This document shows positions 1 through 10,333 of a stretch of 40,263 nucleotides of DNA, piece by piece. A program made the position numbers and the translations under genes. The notes under the pieces are model-generated. The model was given only the letters and a program-made list of their open reading frames with translations. It was not told the origin of the DNA and ran no database searches. The stretch lies in contig JAGVXY010000014.1 in NCBI GenBank assembly GCA_018303545.1, forward strand, positions 1 to 40,263, in the 5' to 3' direction. Source of the stretch: Candidatus Woesearchaeota archaeon (lineage in GTDB: Archaea > Nanobdellota > Nanobdellia > SCGC-AAA011-G17 > JAGVXY01). Numbering within the stretch: position 1 is the first letter of the stretch; every line of letters starts with the position of its first letter.

Positions 1-10
1 TGAAGAGTAT

Positions 11-1186
11 ATGGGTAAGGAATCTATTTTTTTAGATAGAAAAGCAGTTCAATCGGGTTTTACGCCTACTAATATACCTCATAGAATAGAACAAATAAAT
101 TCATTGGCAGGTATACTCGCGCCAGCATTAAAAGGAGAAAGACCTTCTAATGTATTTATCTACGGGAAAACAGGAACAGGGAAGACTTTAGTTACAAAAT
201 ATGTTACGGAAAATATGGCTAATATCTCTTTAAAAAATAGCCTTAATCTAAAGGTTTTCTATATTAATTGTAAAATAGGCAACAAAGCAGATACAGAATA
301 TAGGCTTTTTGCACAACTTTGTAAGGAATTTGGTTTTGCAGATTTGCCTGATACAGGATTACCTACTGATGTGATAGTTGATAAATTTAAACATTTACTT
401 GAAGAAAAAAAAGTAATATTAATAATAATTTTAGACGAAGTTGATGAATTGGTAAGAAAAATTGGGGCAAGTATTTTATATAAATTACCTAGACTTAATG
501 CCGATTTAAAAGAAAGTGAAATTTCATTAATAGGAATATCTAACGATTTAACCTTTTTGGATAATATTGATCCAAGAGCAAGAAGTTCCCTAAGTGAAGA
601 GGAAATGGTATTTCCACCTTATAATGCATTACAATTGCAAAATATCCTTAGAGAAAGAGCAAATATTGCATTTAGAAAAAATGTAATTGACAATGGAGTG
701 ATTGAAAAATGTGCAGCTCATGCAGCGAAAGAACACGGAGATGCGAGAAGAGCCTTAGATCTTTTAAGAGTAGCGGCTGAATTAGCAGAAAGACAAAATC
801 AAACAAAAATAATGATAACAAACATAGATGATGCTGAAGATAAAATTGATAGAGATAAAATCTTTGATTCTATTAAAACTCAGCCAAAACAGCATAAATT
901 AACATTATTTTCTATATTTGAAGCTTGTTCAGAGAGTTCAGATAGATCTGTTTTTACTGGAGAGATATATAATAAATATATTCAATACTGTTCAAAAGTT
1001 GCAGCTGCTCCATTAACACAAAGGAGAGTTTCAGATATAATTGCAGAATTAGATATGCAAGGTATAATAAATGCAAAAGTGATGAGCAGAGGCAGAGGGG
1101 GAAGAACAAGAAAAATTTCTTTAGCGATGCCCTCACAATCCGTGCCTAAATTGATTGAATTACTTAAAGAAGGATTAAATTTATGA
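11..1186 (+). CDS. cdc6: Orc1/Cdc6 replication initiator
   Basis: Walker A GKTGTGKT, Walker B LDEVD, GDARRALDLL, C-terminal winged helix (LTQRRVSDIIAELDMQG...GRGGRT); upstream of DP1/DP2. Confidence 0.97.
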   Translation: MGKESIFLDRKAVQSGFTPTNIPHRIEQINSLAGILAPALKGERPSNVFIYGKTGTGKTLVTKYVTENMANISLKNSLNLKVFYINCKIGNKADTEYRLFAQLCKEFGFADLPDTGLPTDVIVDKFKHLLEEKKVILIIILDEVDELVRKIGASILYKLPRLNADLKESEISLIGISNDLTFLDNIDPRARSSLSEEEMVFPPYNALQLQNILRERANIAFRKNVIDNGVIEKCAAHAAKEHGDARRALDLLRVAAELAERQNQTKIMITNIDDAEDKIDRDKIFDSIKTQPKQHKLTLFSIFEACSESSDRSVFTGEIYNKYIQYCSKVAAAPLTQRRVSDIIAELDMQGIINAKVMSRGRGGRTRKISLAMPSQSVPKLIELLKEGLNL

Positions 1187-2610
1187 AATCTAAGCAAGAG
1201 ATAGTTACAGAATTGATAAAAGCAGGTGTATTAATTACTCCTGACTTTCTTCAGAATAATTTAATAGATGAAAATCTATTAAATTCTTATACTAAAATAG
1301 AAACAATTCCGGAGGATGAAAGCAATAACCTTATTGATGTTAAAACAAAGGTAGAAATAATATTTAATTATAATAAAGCAACAAAGAAAAAGGACATATC
1401 TCATTTTGTTTCATATTTTAGAAAAAGGTATGAAACATTAAGTAATCTGCTAATGAGAAGGCCTGAATTGGCAAATGTAATTTCTATAAATAGATTATGG
1501 AACAAACAATTGAAAGAAACAGTTGCTATAATTGGTTTAGTAAGCAGTAAGGAAGAGACAAAGAATGGACATTTTATATTGGAAATAGAAGATTTAACAG
1601 GAAAAATAAAAGTTCTAATTAATAAAGAGAGAAAAGAAATTGCTAAAAATATCATTTTAGATGAAGTAATCGGGGTTATAGGTTCAATAGGAGATAAAAT
1701 TGTTTTTTCTAGCGAAATAATTTATCCAGATGTACCTTTAACAAAAGAACTAAAAAAATCTCCTGATGAAATTTGCGCGGCCTTCATTTCTGATATTCAT
1801 GTTGGGTCTAAAATGTTTCTTCCTGAAGATTTTGAGCGATTTATTGATTGGCTTAACGGAAATGTCGGTTCAGAAAAACAAAAACAATTTGCAAGACGAA
1901 TAAAATACCTTTTTGTGGCCGGAGACATTGTTGATGGCGTTGGAATTTATCCTTCACAGGAGAACGAATTAAATATAAAAGATATTGCAGAACAATATAA
2001 AACCTGTGCTGAATATTTGAATAAAATAAGAAAAGATGTGCATATAATCATCTGTCCGGGAAATCACGATGCCGTAAGAATAGGTGAACCACAACCGGCA
2101 TTAATAAATCAATTTACTGAACCCTTGACAAAAATGAGCAATGTTATTTTAGTTAGCAATCCTGCAATCATAAATATACATAAAACAGATTATTTTCCGG
2201 GATTTGATGTGCTTATGTATCATGGATATAGTTTTGACAGCTATGTTTCAAATGTTGATTCAATAAGAGAAGGGGGAGGATATGACAGAGCAGATTTGAT
2301 AATGAAATTTTTATTACAAAAGAGACATCTAGCTCCAACATATGCATCAACACTATATTTCATGGATAATGAAGAGGATCCATTAATCATAAAAACTGTC
2401 CCTGATTTTTTTGTTACAGGCCACATTCATAAAACTAATGTAAGCAATTATAATAATATTTCTTTAATATGCGGAAGCTGCTGGCAATCAAAGACAAATT
2501 TTCAGGAAAAAGTAGGACATAACCCTGAACCTTCTAGGGTGCCTGTAGTAAATTTGAAAACGAGAGAAATAAAAATTCTGAGGTTTGGTAATGAAAACTT
2601 ATTTCAATAG
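1183..2610 (+). CDS. polB: DNA polymerase D small subunit DP1 (proofreading exonuclease)
   Basis: OB fold plus calcineurin-like motifs SDIHVGS, AGDIVDG, PGNHD, YHG, GHIH; ATGA overlap with cdc6. Confidence 0.96.
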   Translation: MKSKQEIVTELIKAGVLITPDFLQNNLIDENLLNSYTKIETIPEDESNNLIDVKTKVEIIFNYNKATKKKDISHFVSYFRKRYETLSNLLMRRPELANVISINRLWNKQLKETVAIIGLVSSKEETKNGHFILEIEDLTGKIKVLINKERKEIAKNIILDEVIGVIGSIGDKIVFSSEIIYPDVPLTKELKKSPDEICAAFISDIHVGSKMFLPEDFERFIDWLNGNVGSEKQKQFARRIKYLFVAGDIVDGVGIYPSQENELNIKDIAEQYKTCAEYLNKIRKDVHIIICPGNHDAVRIGEPQPALINQFTEPLTKMSNVILVSNPAIINIHKTDYFPGFDVLMYHGYSFDSYVSNVDSIREGGGYDRADLIMKFLLQKRHLAPTYASTLYFMDNEEDPLIIKTVPDFFVTGHIHKTNVSNYNNISLICGSCWQSKTNFQEKVGHNPEPSRVPVVNLKTREIKILRFGNENLFQ

Positions 2611-5600
2611 AATAAATGCAGGTGTAAAAAGCTGCTATGATGTAGCACAAGATATTAAAGATTTGGGAATAGATCCAGATAAAACCTGCATTCCTTTGGC
2701 AAAGAATATGGCTGAAAGAGTAGAAGGACTAATTTCTGTAATAATGCCACAAATAAAAAATTCAGGTGTTGTAGAAAGAATTGGTGATTTGGAAAAACAA
2801 CACGGCGTACAGGACTGGAGAATTTCTATGCAAATTGCCTTAGAAGTTGCGCAAGAAAAATTCTGTAAATTTAAAGATAAAAGAGAAGCAATGGAAACAG
2901 GAATGAGGGTGGGTCTTGCATATATAACCAACGGGGTTGTTTCTTCTCCTCTTGAGGGGTTTGTCAAATTAGAAATAAGAAAGAGAAAAGACGGAAAAGA
3001 ATATTTTGCACTTTTTTTCTCTGGACCAATTAGAAGTGCCGGAACTACTGCCACATGTGTTTTTGCCGCAGTGTGTGATTATATTCGAGTTAATATGGGA
3101 TACGAACCTTATGATCCAAGTGAGATAGAAGTTAAAAGAATGGTTACAGAACTTTATGATTTTCATGAAAGGGTAACAAACCTACAATATCTCCCAAGTG
3201 AGCAGGAAATTTCCTTTATGGTTAGTCATTTGCCTCTGCAGATTGATGGAGATCCTTCTGAAAAATTTGAGGTTAGCAATTATAAAGATTTGCCAAGAAT
3301 AGAAACAAATAGGTTAAGAAATGGAGTGTGTCTTGTAATTGGAGAAGGGTTAACTCAAAAAGGAAAAAAATTCTGGACAAAGTTTTCTAAATGGTGTAAA
3401 GATTTCAATATGGAACATTGGATATTTATGGAAGAATTTGTAAAATTGCAAAGTGAAATAAAATCAAAGCTTGCAAAAGCTAAAACAACAAGCGAAGCAA
3501 AAGTTTCTCCTGATGGAACTTACTTGAAAGATTTGGTGGGAGGCAGACCTATTTTTGCATATCCTTTGGCTAATGGAGGGTTTAGATTAAGATATGGAAG
3601 ATGCAGAACATCGGGATTTTCTTCTGATGCAATACATCCTGCAACTATGGTTGTACTAGATGAATTTTTAGCAATAGGGTCCCAATTAAGGACAGAAAGA
3701 CCGGGAAAATCCACAACATTGTCTGCATGCGATTATATGGAGGGCCCTATCGTAAAGTTAAAAGACGGAACTGTAATTTACCTAGAATCGGCAGAGCAGG
3801 CAAAAAGTGTTTTAAAGAATATACAAGAAATAATCTATTTGGGAGATATACTAATTAATTATGGCGATTTCTTAAACAGAGGACATACCTTGTTACCAGC
3901 AGGTTTCTGTGAAGAATGGTGGATACTTTATTTAAAAAAATATCTTAATGAAAGCAATTACAAAGTCAATGAGGAACTGCTTGAAAATCCGATAAAATAT
4001 AAAATTCCTGTAGAAGATGCAGTGAAAATCTCTTTAGATACAAAAATACCTTTTCATCCAAGATATACTTATCATTGGAAAAATATTCGTTTTGATCAAT
4101 TTAAAATGTTTTTAGACTGGATTGTTAAATCTGTGGTAAATCATGAGAAAGGAAAAGTTGTGAAGATAATTTTACCTTATGAAGAGGAACCAAAGAGGAT
4201 AATGGAATTACTTGGAATCCCTCATAAAGCTATAGGAAAAGAATATGTTATTCTTGAAAAAAATGAAGCCTTTGCATTAGCTTTTCAATTAGGTTTCAAT
4301 GAAAGCATGACTAATTTTGCAAGATTTCAAGAGGTCATAGAAGGATTACCCTTGGAGATTGTCAATCGGTTGTGCCCAGTTATAGTAAAGGATAAATCAG
4401 GATATTTTATTGGTGCAAGAATGGGGAGGCCTGAAAAAGCAAAGATGCGAAAAATGACCGGGGATCCTCATGGGCTATTTAGTATTGGAAAAGAAGGAGG
4501 CAGATTAAGATCCATACAATCTGCATTAGAAATTGGCAAAGTGAAAGCAGACTATCCTGTTTATTTTTGTAATTCCTGCGCTGCCGAAACAATATATCCT
4601 ATATGTGATCAATGTGGCAGTAAGACTACAAAGAAACATTATTGCATAAACTGCGATAAACTAATTGATGGAGAAAAATGCGGAGATCATAAGGTTGCTA
4701 GCTTCAAGAAACAGGAAATTGATATTTCAAGATATTTCAGAAGTGCTATGAAATTAGCCGGTTTGTTGAATGCTCCAAAATTAATTAAAGGGATAAGGGG
4801 TTCAAGCAATAAAGATGCGACACCCGAACATTTGCTAAAAATGATTTTGAGAGCAAAAAATAATATTTTTGTGAATAAAGAAGGAACGACGAGATATGAT
4901 ATGTCTGAGATGACAATAACTCATTTTAAACCCAAAGAGATAGGAACGTCAATCGAGAAACTTAAAGAGATTGGATACGAGAAAGATATATACGGCAAAG
5001 AACTTACTGAGATAAATCAGATATTAGAATTAAGATGCCAGGATGTCATTCTCCCAGGAATAGAAGATGGGACTGATGAGCCAGCAAGCAAGGTCTTTTT
5101 TAGGATTGCTTTATTTATAGATGAATTATTGGTTAACCTATACAAAAAAGAACCATTTTACAAATTGAAAACTGAATATGACATTGTGGGCCATTTGGGT
5201 ATTGCTTTGAGCCCACACACTTCTGCTGGAATTGTTGTTAGAATAATAGGATTTTCTAAGACACAAGGGTTTTTAGCTCATCCTTTATTGCACAGCATTA
5301 TGAGGAGAGATTGTTTAGCTTATGAAACTAGACTGCCGATTTTTGACGGTAAGAAGTGGTCTTTTACAGAAATCGGAAAAGTTGTTGAGAAATTAAATCC
5401 AATAAAAAAAGTTGATTTATTCGGAACTAAAGCAGTAAAAGTAAAAGGATATAAAACATTGGGATTTGATTCTGAATCTAAGTGCATAAAAGAAGTTAAA
5501 ATAATAGACTTCACCAAGCATATTAAAAGTAAAATTTTGAAAATTACCTTGGAAGATGGACGAATAATCAGAACAACTAAAGATCATAAATTCTGCGTGA

Positions 5601-7507
5601 ATGAAAATGGAAAAATAACTAAGAAATTTGCAGCTGATTTTAAAATAAGCGATGAGGTTTTGATTTCACCCAATATAGGACTTACTGAAAAAAATATTCA
5701 ATCTCTTAACTTATTTGATATCTTTAAGGGCAGATCAGATGTCATGGTAAAGGGGATTTCTAACCAGATTCAAAAGATTGTTGAACAATTAGGTAGCCGT
5801 TCAAGAACAAGACAACTATTGCATGTAAATAAATCTCTTTTAGACAATTCTTTACTACGAGACAGTTTTTCTCTTGATTTTGTTGAGCAGATCTCTCAAT
5901 TTTATAAGCTGGATTTGAGCAAAGCTAAATTATTTGCCAAATGGGATAATGTTTTGATTGAACCCATTATTAATCTGGACAAAAATCTCTTATGGTTAAT
6001 TGGATTATATATCGCAGAAGGATTTTCAAGAAAGAAGATTATCGGTAAGGGTTACTACCAAGTTGATTTTGCTGCTTCGGAAAAAGAGATAAGAGGAAAA
6101 ATAGTAAATATTTGTTTTAGATATTTTGGGCTTAAACCAAGTTATATCAATAAAGAACGGGTAACTTTCTCAAGCAGATTGTTATATGAACTGTTCATGA
6201 ATCATTTACAATGCGGTTCAAACGCCCAAGAAAAGAGAGTTCCTTCTTTGATATTTACATTACCCAAAGATAAGTTAGGATATTTTTTGACAGGCTATTT
6301 TGATGGTGATGGCTCTGTAAGCTTGACTGACGCAAGAGTTACCTGCGATTCAATAAGCGATGAATTAATCTTTGGACTTGAATTATGTCTTGCCCAATTT
6401 GGAATTTATACTCGAAGATACTATTATAAAAAAGAACCAGGCCCGAAAGTCAGAGAATTTTATATTAAAAAACAAAGAAAAATACCTAAATTTGGAATTA
6501 CTAAATTAATTTTTACAAGCACATATGTAACTACTTTTTTTAGAGAAATTGGATTTGGGCTTAAAAGAAAACAAAAAATATTAGAAGAGGTTGTCAAAAA
6601 GACAAGGCCTTATGGAATGAAAATCAAGCATAATGATATGTATGTTTATCCCAAAATTATTTCAATCGAGGAAGACGGTGAGGAAGAAACCTATTGCTTG
6701 AATGTTGAAGGGCATAAGATTATTCCTAACAATATAATGACTTATCAATGCGATGGTGATGAAGCTGGGGTTATGCTTTTAATGGATGCCTTATTAAATT
6801 TTTCAAGGCAATTTCTACCAAACAGAAGAGGTGTTACACAGGATGCACCTTTGGTCTTGACTTCTAATTTAATACCATCTGAAGTAGATGATATGGTATT
6901 TGATATGGACGTTGCCTGGGATTATCCTTTGGAATTCTATGAGGCCGCTGAACAATTTAAGAAACCTTATGAGGTAAAAATAGAAAGATATGGAGATAAT
7001 TTGAATAAACCTAAGCAATATGAGGGTCTAGGATTTACTCATCACACAACAGACATAAATGAAGGAGTTAGAGTAAGTGCTTATAAGACCATACCTTCAA
7101 TGGGCGAGAAGGTTGCTAAGCAAATGGCATTAGCTGAAAAAATAAGGGCAGTAGATGAATCTGATGTGGCAAGACTGCTTATAGAGAGACATTTCTTACG
7201 GGACATAAAAGGTTGCTTGAGAAAATATTCTCAGCAGCAGCTTAGATGCGTTAATTGCAATGAGATTCTTAGAAGGGTGCCTTTAGCTGGAAAATGTCCT
7301 AAGTGCGGCGGAAAGATAATCTTTACGATCCCAGAAGGGTCTGTCGTTAAGTATTTGGACTATTCCTTACAATTGGCCAAGAACTACAAACTTTCTCCTT
7401 ATTTAAATCAGACTTTAGCAATATTGAAAGACAGAATAGACTCGGTGTTTGGAGTTGATCCTGAAAAACAGGTTTGTTTAGGAAACTGGTGCCAAAAACA
7501 AGCTTAA
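2591..7507 (+). CDS. polC: DNA polymerase D large subunit DP2, intein-containing
   Basis: FSGPIRSAGTT, GGFRLRYGR, IGARMGRPEKAK, Zn-finger Cys clusters, catalytic CDGDE after splicing, C-terminal PIP-like QVCLGNW; ATG at 2591 preferred over TTG at 2585. Confidence 0.97.
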   Translation: MKTYFNRINAGVKSCYDVAQDIKDLGIDPDKTCIPLAKNMAERVEGLISVIMPQIKNSGVVERIGDLEKQHGVQDWRISMQIALEVAQEKFCKFKDKREAMETGMRVGLAYITNGVVSSPLEGFVKLEIRKRKDGKEYFALFFSGPIRSAGTTATCVFAAVCDYIRVNMGYEPYDPSEIEVKRMVTELYDFHERVTNLQYLPSEQEISFMVSHLPLQIDGDPSEKFEVSNYKDLPRIETNRLRNGVCLVIGEGLTQKGKKFWTKFSKWCKDFNMEHWIFMEEFVKLQSEIKSKLAKAKTTSEAKVSPDGTYLKDLVGGRPIFAYPLANGGFRLRYGRCRTSGFSSDAIHPATMVVLDEFLAIGSQLRTERPGKSTTLSACDYMEGPIVKLKDGTVIYLESAEQAKSVLKNIQEIIYLGDILINYGDFLNRGHTLLPAGFCEEWWILYLKKYLNESNYKVNEELLENPIKYKIPVEDAVKISLDTKIPFHPRYTYHWKNIRFDQFKMFLDWIVKSVVNHEKGKVVKIILPYEEEPKRIMELLGIPHKAIGKEYVILEKNEAFALAFQLGFNESMTNFARFQEVIEGLPLEIVNRLCPVIVKDKSGYFIGARMGRPEKAKMRKMTGDPHGLFSIGKEGGRLRSIQSALEIGKVKADYPVYFCNSCAAETIYPICDQCGSKTTKKHYCINCDKLIDGEKCGDHKVASFKKQEIDISRYFRSAMKLAGLLNAPKLIKGIRGSSNKDATPEHLLKMILRAKNNIFVNKEGTTRYDMSEMTITHFKPKEIGTSIEKLKEIGYEKDIYGKELTEINQILELRCQDVILPGIEDGTDEPASKVFFRIALFIDELLVNLYKKEPFYKLKTEYDIVGHLGIALSPHTSAGIVVRIIGFSKTQGFLAHPLLHSIMRRDCLAYETRLPIFDGKKWSFTEIGKVVEKLNPIKKVDLFGTKAVKVKGYKTLGFDSESKCIKEVKIIDFTKHIKSKILKITLEDGRIIRTTKDHKFCVNENGKITKKFAADFKISDEVLISPNIGLTEKNIQSLNLFDIFKGRSDVMVKGISNQIQKIVEQLGSRSRTRQLLHVNKSLLDNSLLRDSFSLDFVEQISQFYKLDLSKAKLFAKWDNVLIEPIINLDKNLLWLIGLYIAEGFSRKKIIGKGYYQVDFAASEKEIRGKIVNICFRYFGLKPSYINKERVTFSSRLLYELFMNHLQCGSNAQEKRVPSLIFTLPKDKLGYFLTGYFDGDGSVSLTDARVTCDSISDELIFGLELCLAQFGIYTRRYYYKKEPGPKVREFYIKKQRKIPKFGITKLIFTSTYVTTFFREIGFGLKRKQKILEEVVKKTRPYGMKIKHNDMYVYPKIISIEEDGEEETYCLNVEGHKIIPNNIMTYQCDGDEAGVMLLMDALLNFSRQFLPNRRGVTQDAPLVLTSNLIPSEVDDMVFDMDVAWDYPLEFYEAAEQFKKPYEVKIERYGDNLNKPKQYEGLGFTHHTTDINEGVRVSAYKTIPSMGEKVAKQMALAEKIRAVDESDVARLLIERHFLRDIKGCLRKYSQQQLRCVNCNEILRRVPLAGKCPKCGGKIIFTIPEGSVVKYLDYSLQLAKNYKLSPYLNQTLAILKDRIDSVFGVDPEKQVCLGNWCQKQA
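5312..6748 (+). mobile_element. Intein with LAGLIDADG homing endonuclease in DP2 (479 aa, Cys1...Tyr-Gln / Cys+1)
   Basis: Interrupts RRD|CDGDE; block A CLAYETRL, block B TTKDH, endonuclease motifs LIGLYIAEG and FLTGYFDGDG, terminal NNIMTYQ/C. Confidence 0.95.
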
Positions 7508-8040
7508 TTTTTTCTATAATTTTCTTTAATCATGCTGACAAAGAGAACTAAGAAGATTCCTAAAATTACAGCTAGACCACTATAGAAAGGTATACCTGAT
7601 ATAGGGTTATTATTTATTATTGACATTCCGGTTGTTGTTGTTATCCCCATCAAAGAGCCCAATGTAATGAGCCCTGCACCGAATACAATAATGGAGATTT
7701 TTCCCTCTAACCCCTTTTTTGAACTTTTTACACTTTTATCTAAATCTTCAATAATATTTGTAAAGTATTTAGTAACTTTTTCAGTATCCTTTGGTTTTAA
7801 TTTCCCTGTTCGCATGAGTGTTTTAAAATAAGTACTCATACCCTTTACTTCACTTATAGCATTTCTAAAATATTTCTTCTCAATTTCATGATTAATTTCA
7901 TAATGCCTTAATTGTTCATCAATCTGTTGCTCCATTGCTGTAAGCCTTTCATTTGAGAGATCTTGCTGTTGACTCTTAGTTTTGCGCTTGGCCTGATAAA
8001 TCCTACCCTTACTAAACCACCCCAAAGGATTGTAATTCAT
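7504..8040 (-). CDS. Hypothetical membrane protein (helical N-terminus, two C-terminal TM helices)
   Basis: 178-aa ORF with GAGGT SD-like sequence and an upstream TATA-like element on the minus strand; two hydrophobic segments. Confidence 0.7.
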   Translation of the reverse strand: MNYNPLGWFSKGRIYQAKRKTKSQQQDLSNERLTAMEQQIDEQLRHYEINHEIEKKYFRNAISEVKGMSTYFKTLMRTGKLKPKDTEKVTKYFTNIIEDLDKSVKSSKKGLEGKISIIVFGAGLITLGSLMGITTTTGMSIINNNPISGIPFYSGLAVILGIFLVLFVSMIKENYRKN

Positions 8041-8105
8041 TTTGTTTACCTCTTTAAATGTAACTTATTTAGTTGTTGTTTTTTCAATTTATAAATATTC
8101 TTATT

Positions 8106-9308
8106 CTAGAGCAGAAAATAAAGCATAATTGGCAATAATAAACAGCCCATAAGGTGATTTTTTCCGATGCCCTTATTCGAGGGGATTAAACCTATTGAGG
8201 TTGAAACTGCAAGAATAAACAGACCTATGAATCCGCAAACATAAATAACCAATGAAGATATCATTATTAAAATTATTATGCAAATGAGTTTATAATTCGT
8301 TTTTTCTAGAATTGATGCGAAAAGCTTAGAAAGTTTTATCGTTAAGAAAGTTGCAGGTAAGGCCGCTATTAATGTTGCGGCTAAGAATATTCCTAAAATT
8401 TCTGTGGAGATTATAGGGATAATTTTAGACATAACTATAACGGCCCCGTTCCTTGCCTTTTCAATTGCCTGCAGAGTTGCAAAACTCACAATCATATTTA
8501 CTGTGTTTAGACCACCGATTAAAATCAAGAAACCTTTATCTTTCAAATTTTTTGTTATCTGTGAACCTAAAATTGCAACTTGAGAAGGACCCAAACCCGG
8601 CATAAATGAGGCAATACTACCCATAAATGTAGAGGTTAAAATTGCTTTGAGGCCTACATTAGAATCCATTTTATTTAGAGAATAATCCTGTTTTGGAATT
8701 CGAACATTATCAGAGATACTTGTAGCCAATGTACTTATTCCGAAAAGGCCCGAAAGCAAAGGAAACAAGGGCTCTTTTAATGGAGGATAATTTAATACTG
8801 CTAATCCGAATATTCCAGAGAGAATAAAGACAATAAAAGCCCAATATCTCGAGTGCGGCTCTTTATAAATCAAATAAATTGAGCAGAATAATAAAATAAC
8901 ACCGATATAGTCTTTTAATAGTTCATAGATATAATCAATGGAATAAAGGAATAAAGGGATAATTGCAACCGTTAGCAATAATGAACCTAATGAACCTACT
9001 GTTGTGAGCATTATTGCTTCATAGCCCTTGCCTTCTAAAAGCATACGATGACCTGGAAGAATTGCCAAAGCAGTTGCTTCATCTGGCGCACCTAAAAAAA
9101 TAGAGGGTATAACATCAAGAAAACTGTGCGTTATGGACATCCCAATTATAACAATGCAAAGAATTAATGGATCTGTATATTTCAAAATAAAATGAGAATA
9201 AGTTAAGATTAAAACGGATACAAGATTGATATGTATACCTGGAGTTATGCCTGTGATAATTCCCAATAATGCGCCTATGAATGTAGCTAATATTATTTCT
9301 ATAATCAT
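8106..9308 (-). CDS. TctA-family (DUF112) tripartite tricarboxylate transporter-like permease
   Basis: GIITGITPGIHIN, IPSIFLGAPD, LPGHRMLLEGKG; polytopic; start moved to MIIEII at 9308. Confidence 0.88.
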   Translation of the reverse strand: MIIEIILATFIGALLGIITGITPGIHINLVSVLILTYSHFILKYTDPLILCIVIIGMSITHSFLDVIPSIFLGAPDEATALAILPGHRMLLEGKGYEAIMLTTVGSLGSLLLTVAIIPLFLYSIDYIYELLKDYIGVILLFCSIYLIYKEPHSRYWAFIVFILSGIFGLAVLNYPPLKEPLFPLLSGLFGISTLATSISDNVRIPKQDYSLNKMDSNVGLKAILTSTFMGSIASFMPGLGPSQVAILGSQITKNLKDKGFLILIGGLNTVNMIVSFATLQAIEKARNGAVIVMSKIIPIISTEILGIFLAATLIAALPATFLTIKLSKLFASILEKTNYKLICIIILIMISSLVIYVCGFIGLFILAVSTSIGLIPSNKGIGKNHLMGCLLLPIMLYFLL

Positions 9309-9412
9309 GGACTTTTTTATATAGCCCGAGTTTATATTTCTCATGGGATAAAAATCGCAAAATTTACGCAAAAACAGCAATTTTTATATATCTGTTAGGG
9401 CGTATCCCTATT

Positions 9413-9907
9413 ATGGATCCTTTAAGCCATTTGCTGTGGGTTTATCTTGCAGTTAAATTTGGTTTAGTCCATGCATTAAATATTAAATATTTTTTAATAT
9501 TCAGTCTTTTTCCAGATATAAGTTATATTCCCTTTTGGATTTATCATTTTAAAAAGGCCTACCGTAATTTGGGTAATATGGTCTCTCCAACAAAAGATAT
9601 GATACAAAATACGCCCTGGATAATTAACAAATTTTATTTCTTATTTCATAGCATACCGTTTATATTATTCTTTAGTCTGGTTGTAGGGCTTATTTTTGGA
9701 TTACAAATGTTTTTTACTGTGTTATTGGGGTGGGGAATACATGTTATATTAGATGTATTTAGTCATGAGGGGTTTTGGGCTACAAAAATTTTATATCCTT
9801 TTAGCAATAAAAGTTATGATTTCCTGCCTTGGTACAATAGCAAACGATTCAATGTGGTTAATATGGCCCTTTTGTTTTTTGGCTATCTTTTTGTTTATTT
9901 TAAATAA
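9413..9907 (+). CDS. YdjM-like membrane metal-dependent hydrolase
   Basis: MDPLSH, FPDI, FHS, IHVILD motifs within hydrophobic segments. Confidence 0.8.
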   Translation: MDPLSHLLWVYLAVKFGLVHALNIKYFLIFSLFPDISYIPFWIYHFKKAYRNLGNMVSPTKDMIQNTPWIINKFYFLFHSIPFILFFSLVVGLIFGLQMFFTVLLGWGIHVILDVFSHEGFWATKILYPFSNKSYDFLPWYNSKRFNVVNMALLFFGYLFVYFK

Positions 9908-10297
9908 ATTTATATATTTGGGTTAAATTACTATTTTATGTAAACTGGACTAAAATCAAAGTTCATTCTGTACTATAAATCCGATGGTGCAGATTAAATT
10001 TATTTTTGCCTTTGTTTTTTGAAAACAAAATTAACCCCCATAACTGCATTAATATGATAGTTAAGCATACGACTAAGTTCTTTTTTGTTCCAAATCTTAA
10101 GTTTGATTATGGTTCTGCATTTCATGAAGAAATTTGATTAAACAGAATATAAAATTAATTCGTGCGTGTTTGTTAGGTGGAGTTCATCTAACCTTACATT
10201 AAGCAAAAGGGTCTCAAACTTAAAAGATACAAAAACGAACAGACCCCGTCTTAGTCGTTCAACGTCGATTAATTGCAATTCAATCTGGCAAAAATAA

Positions 10298-10310
10298 GAA
10301 ACATTTATAT
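10298..10310 (+). promoter_or_regulatory. BRE/TATA-like promoter of the GIY-YIG gene
   Basis: GAAACA-TTTATAT ending 24 nt before ATG 10334. Confidence 0.5.
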
Positions 10311-10333
10311 TCATTCTCCTTCCTTTATTGATC

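Noticed and set aside
1-10. Replication origin (ORB boxes) next to cdc6
   Set aside because: Only 10 nt lie upstream of cdc6 in the window, so it cannot be assessed
2585-2610. Programmed frameshift fusing DP1 and DP2
   Set aside because: A short overlap with a good ATG at 2591 is ordinary translational coupling
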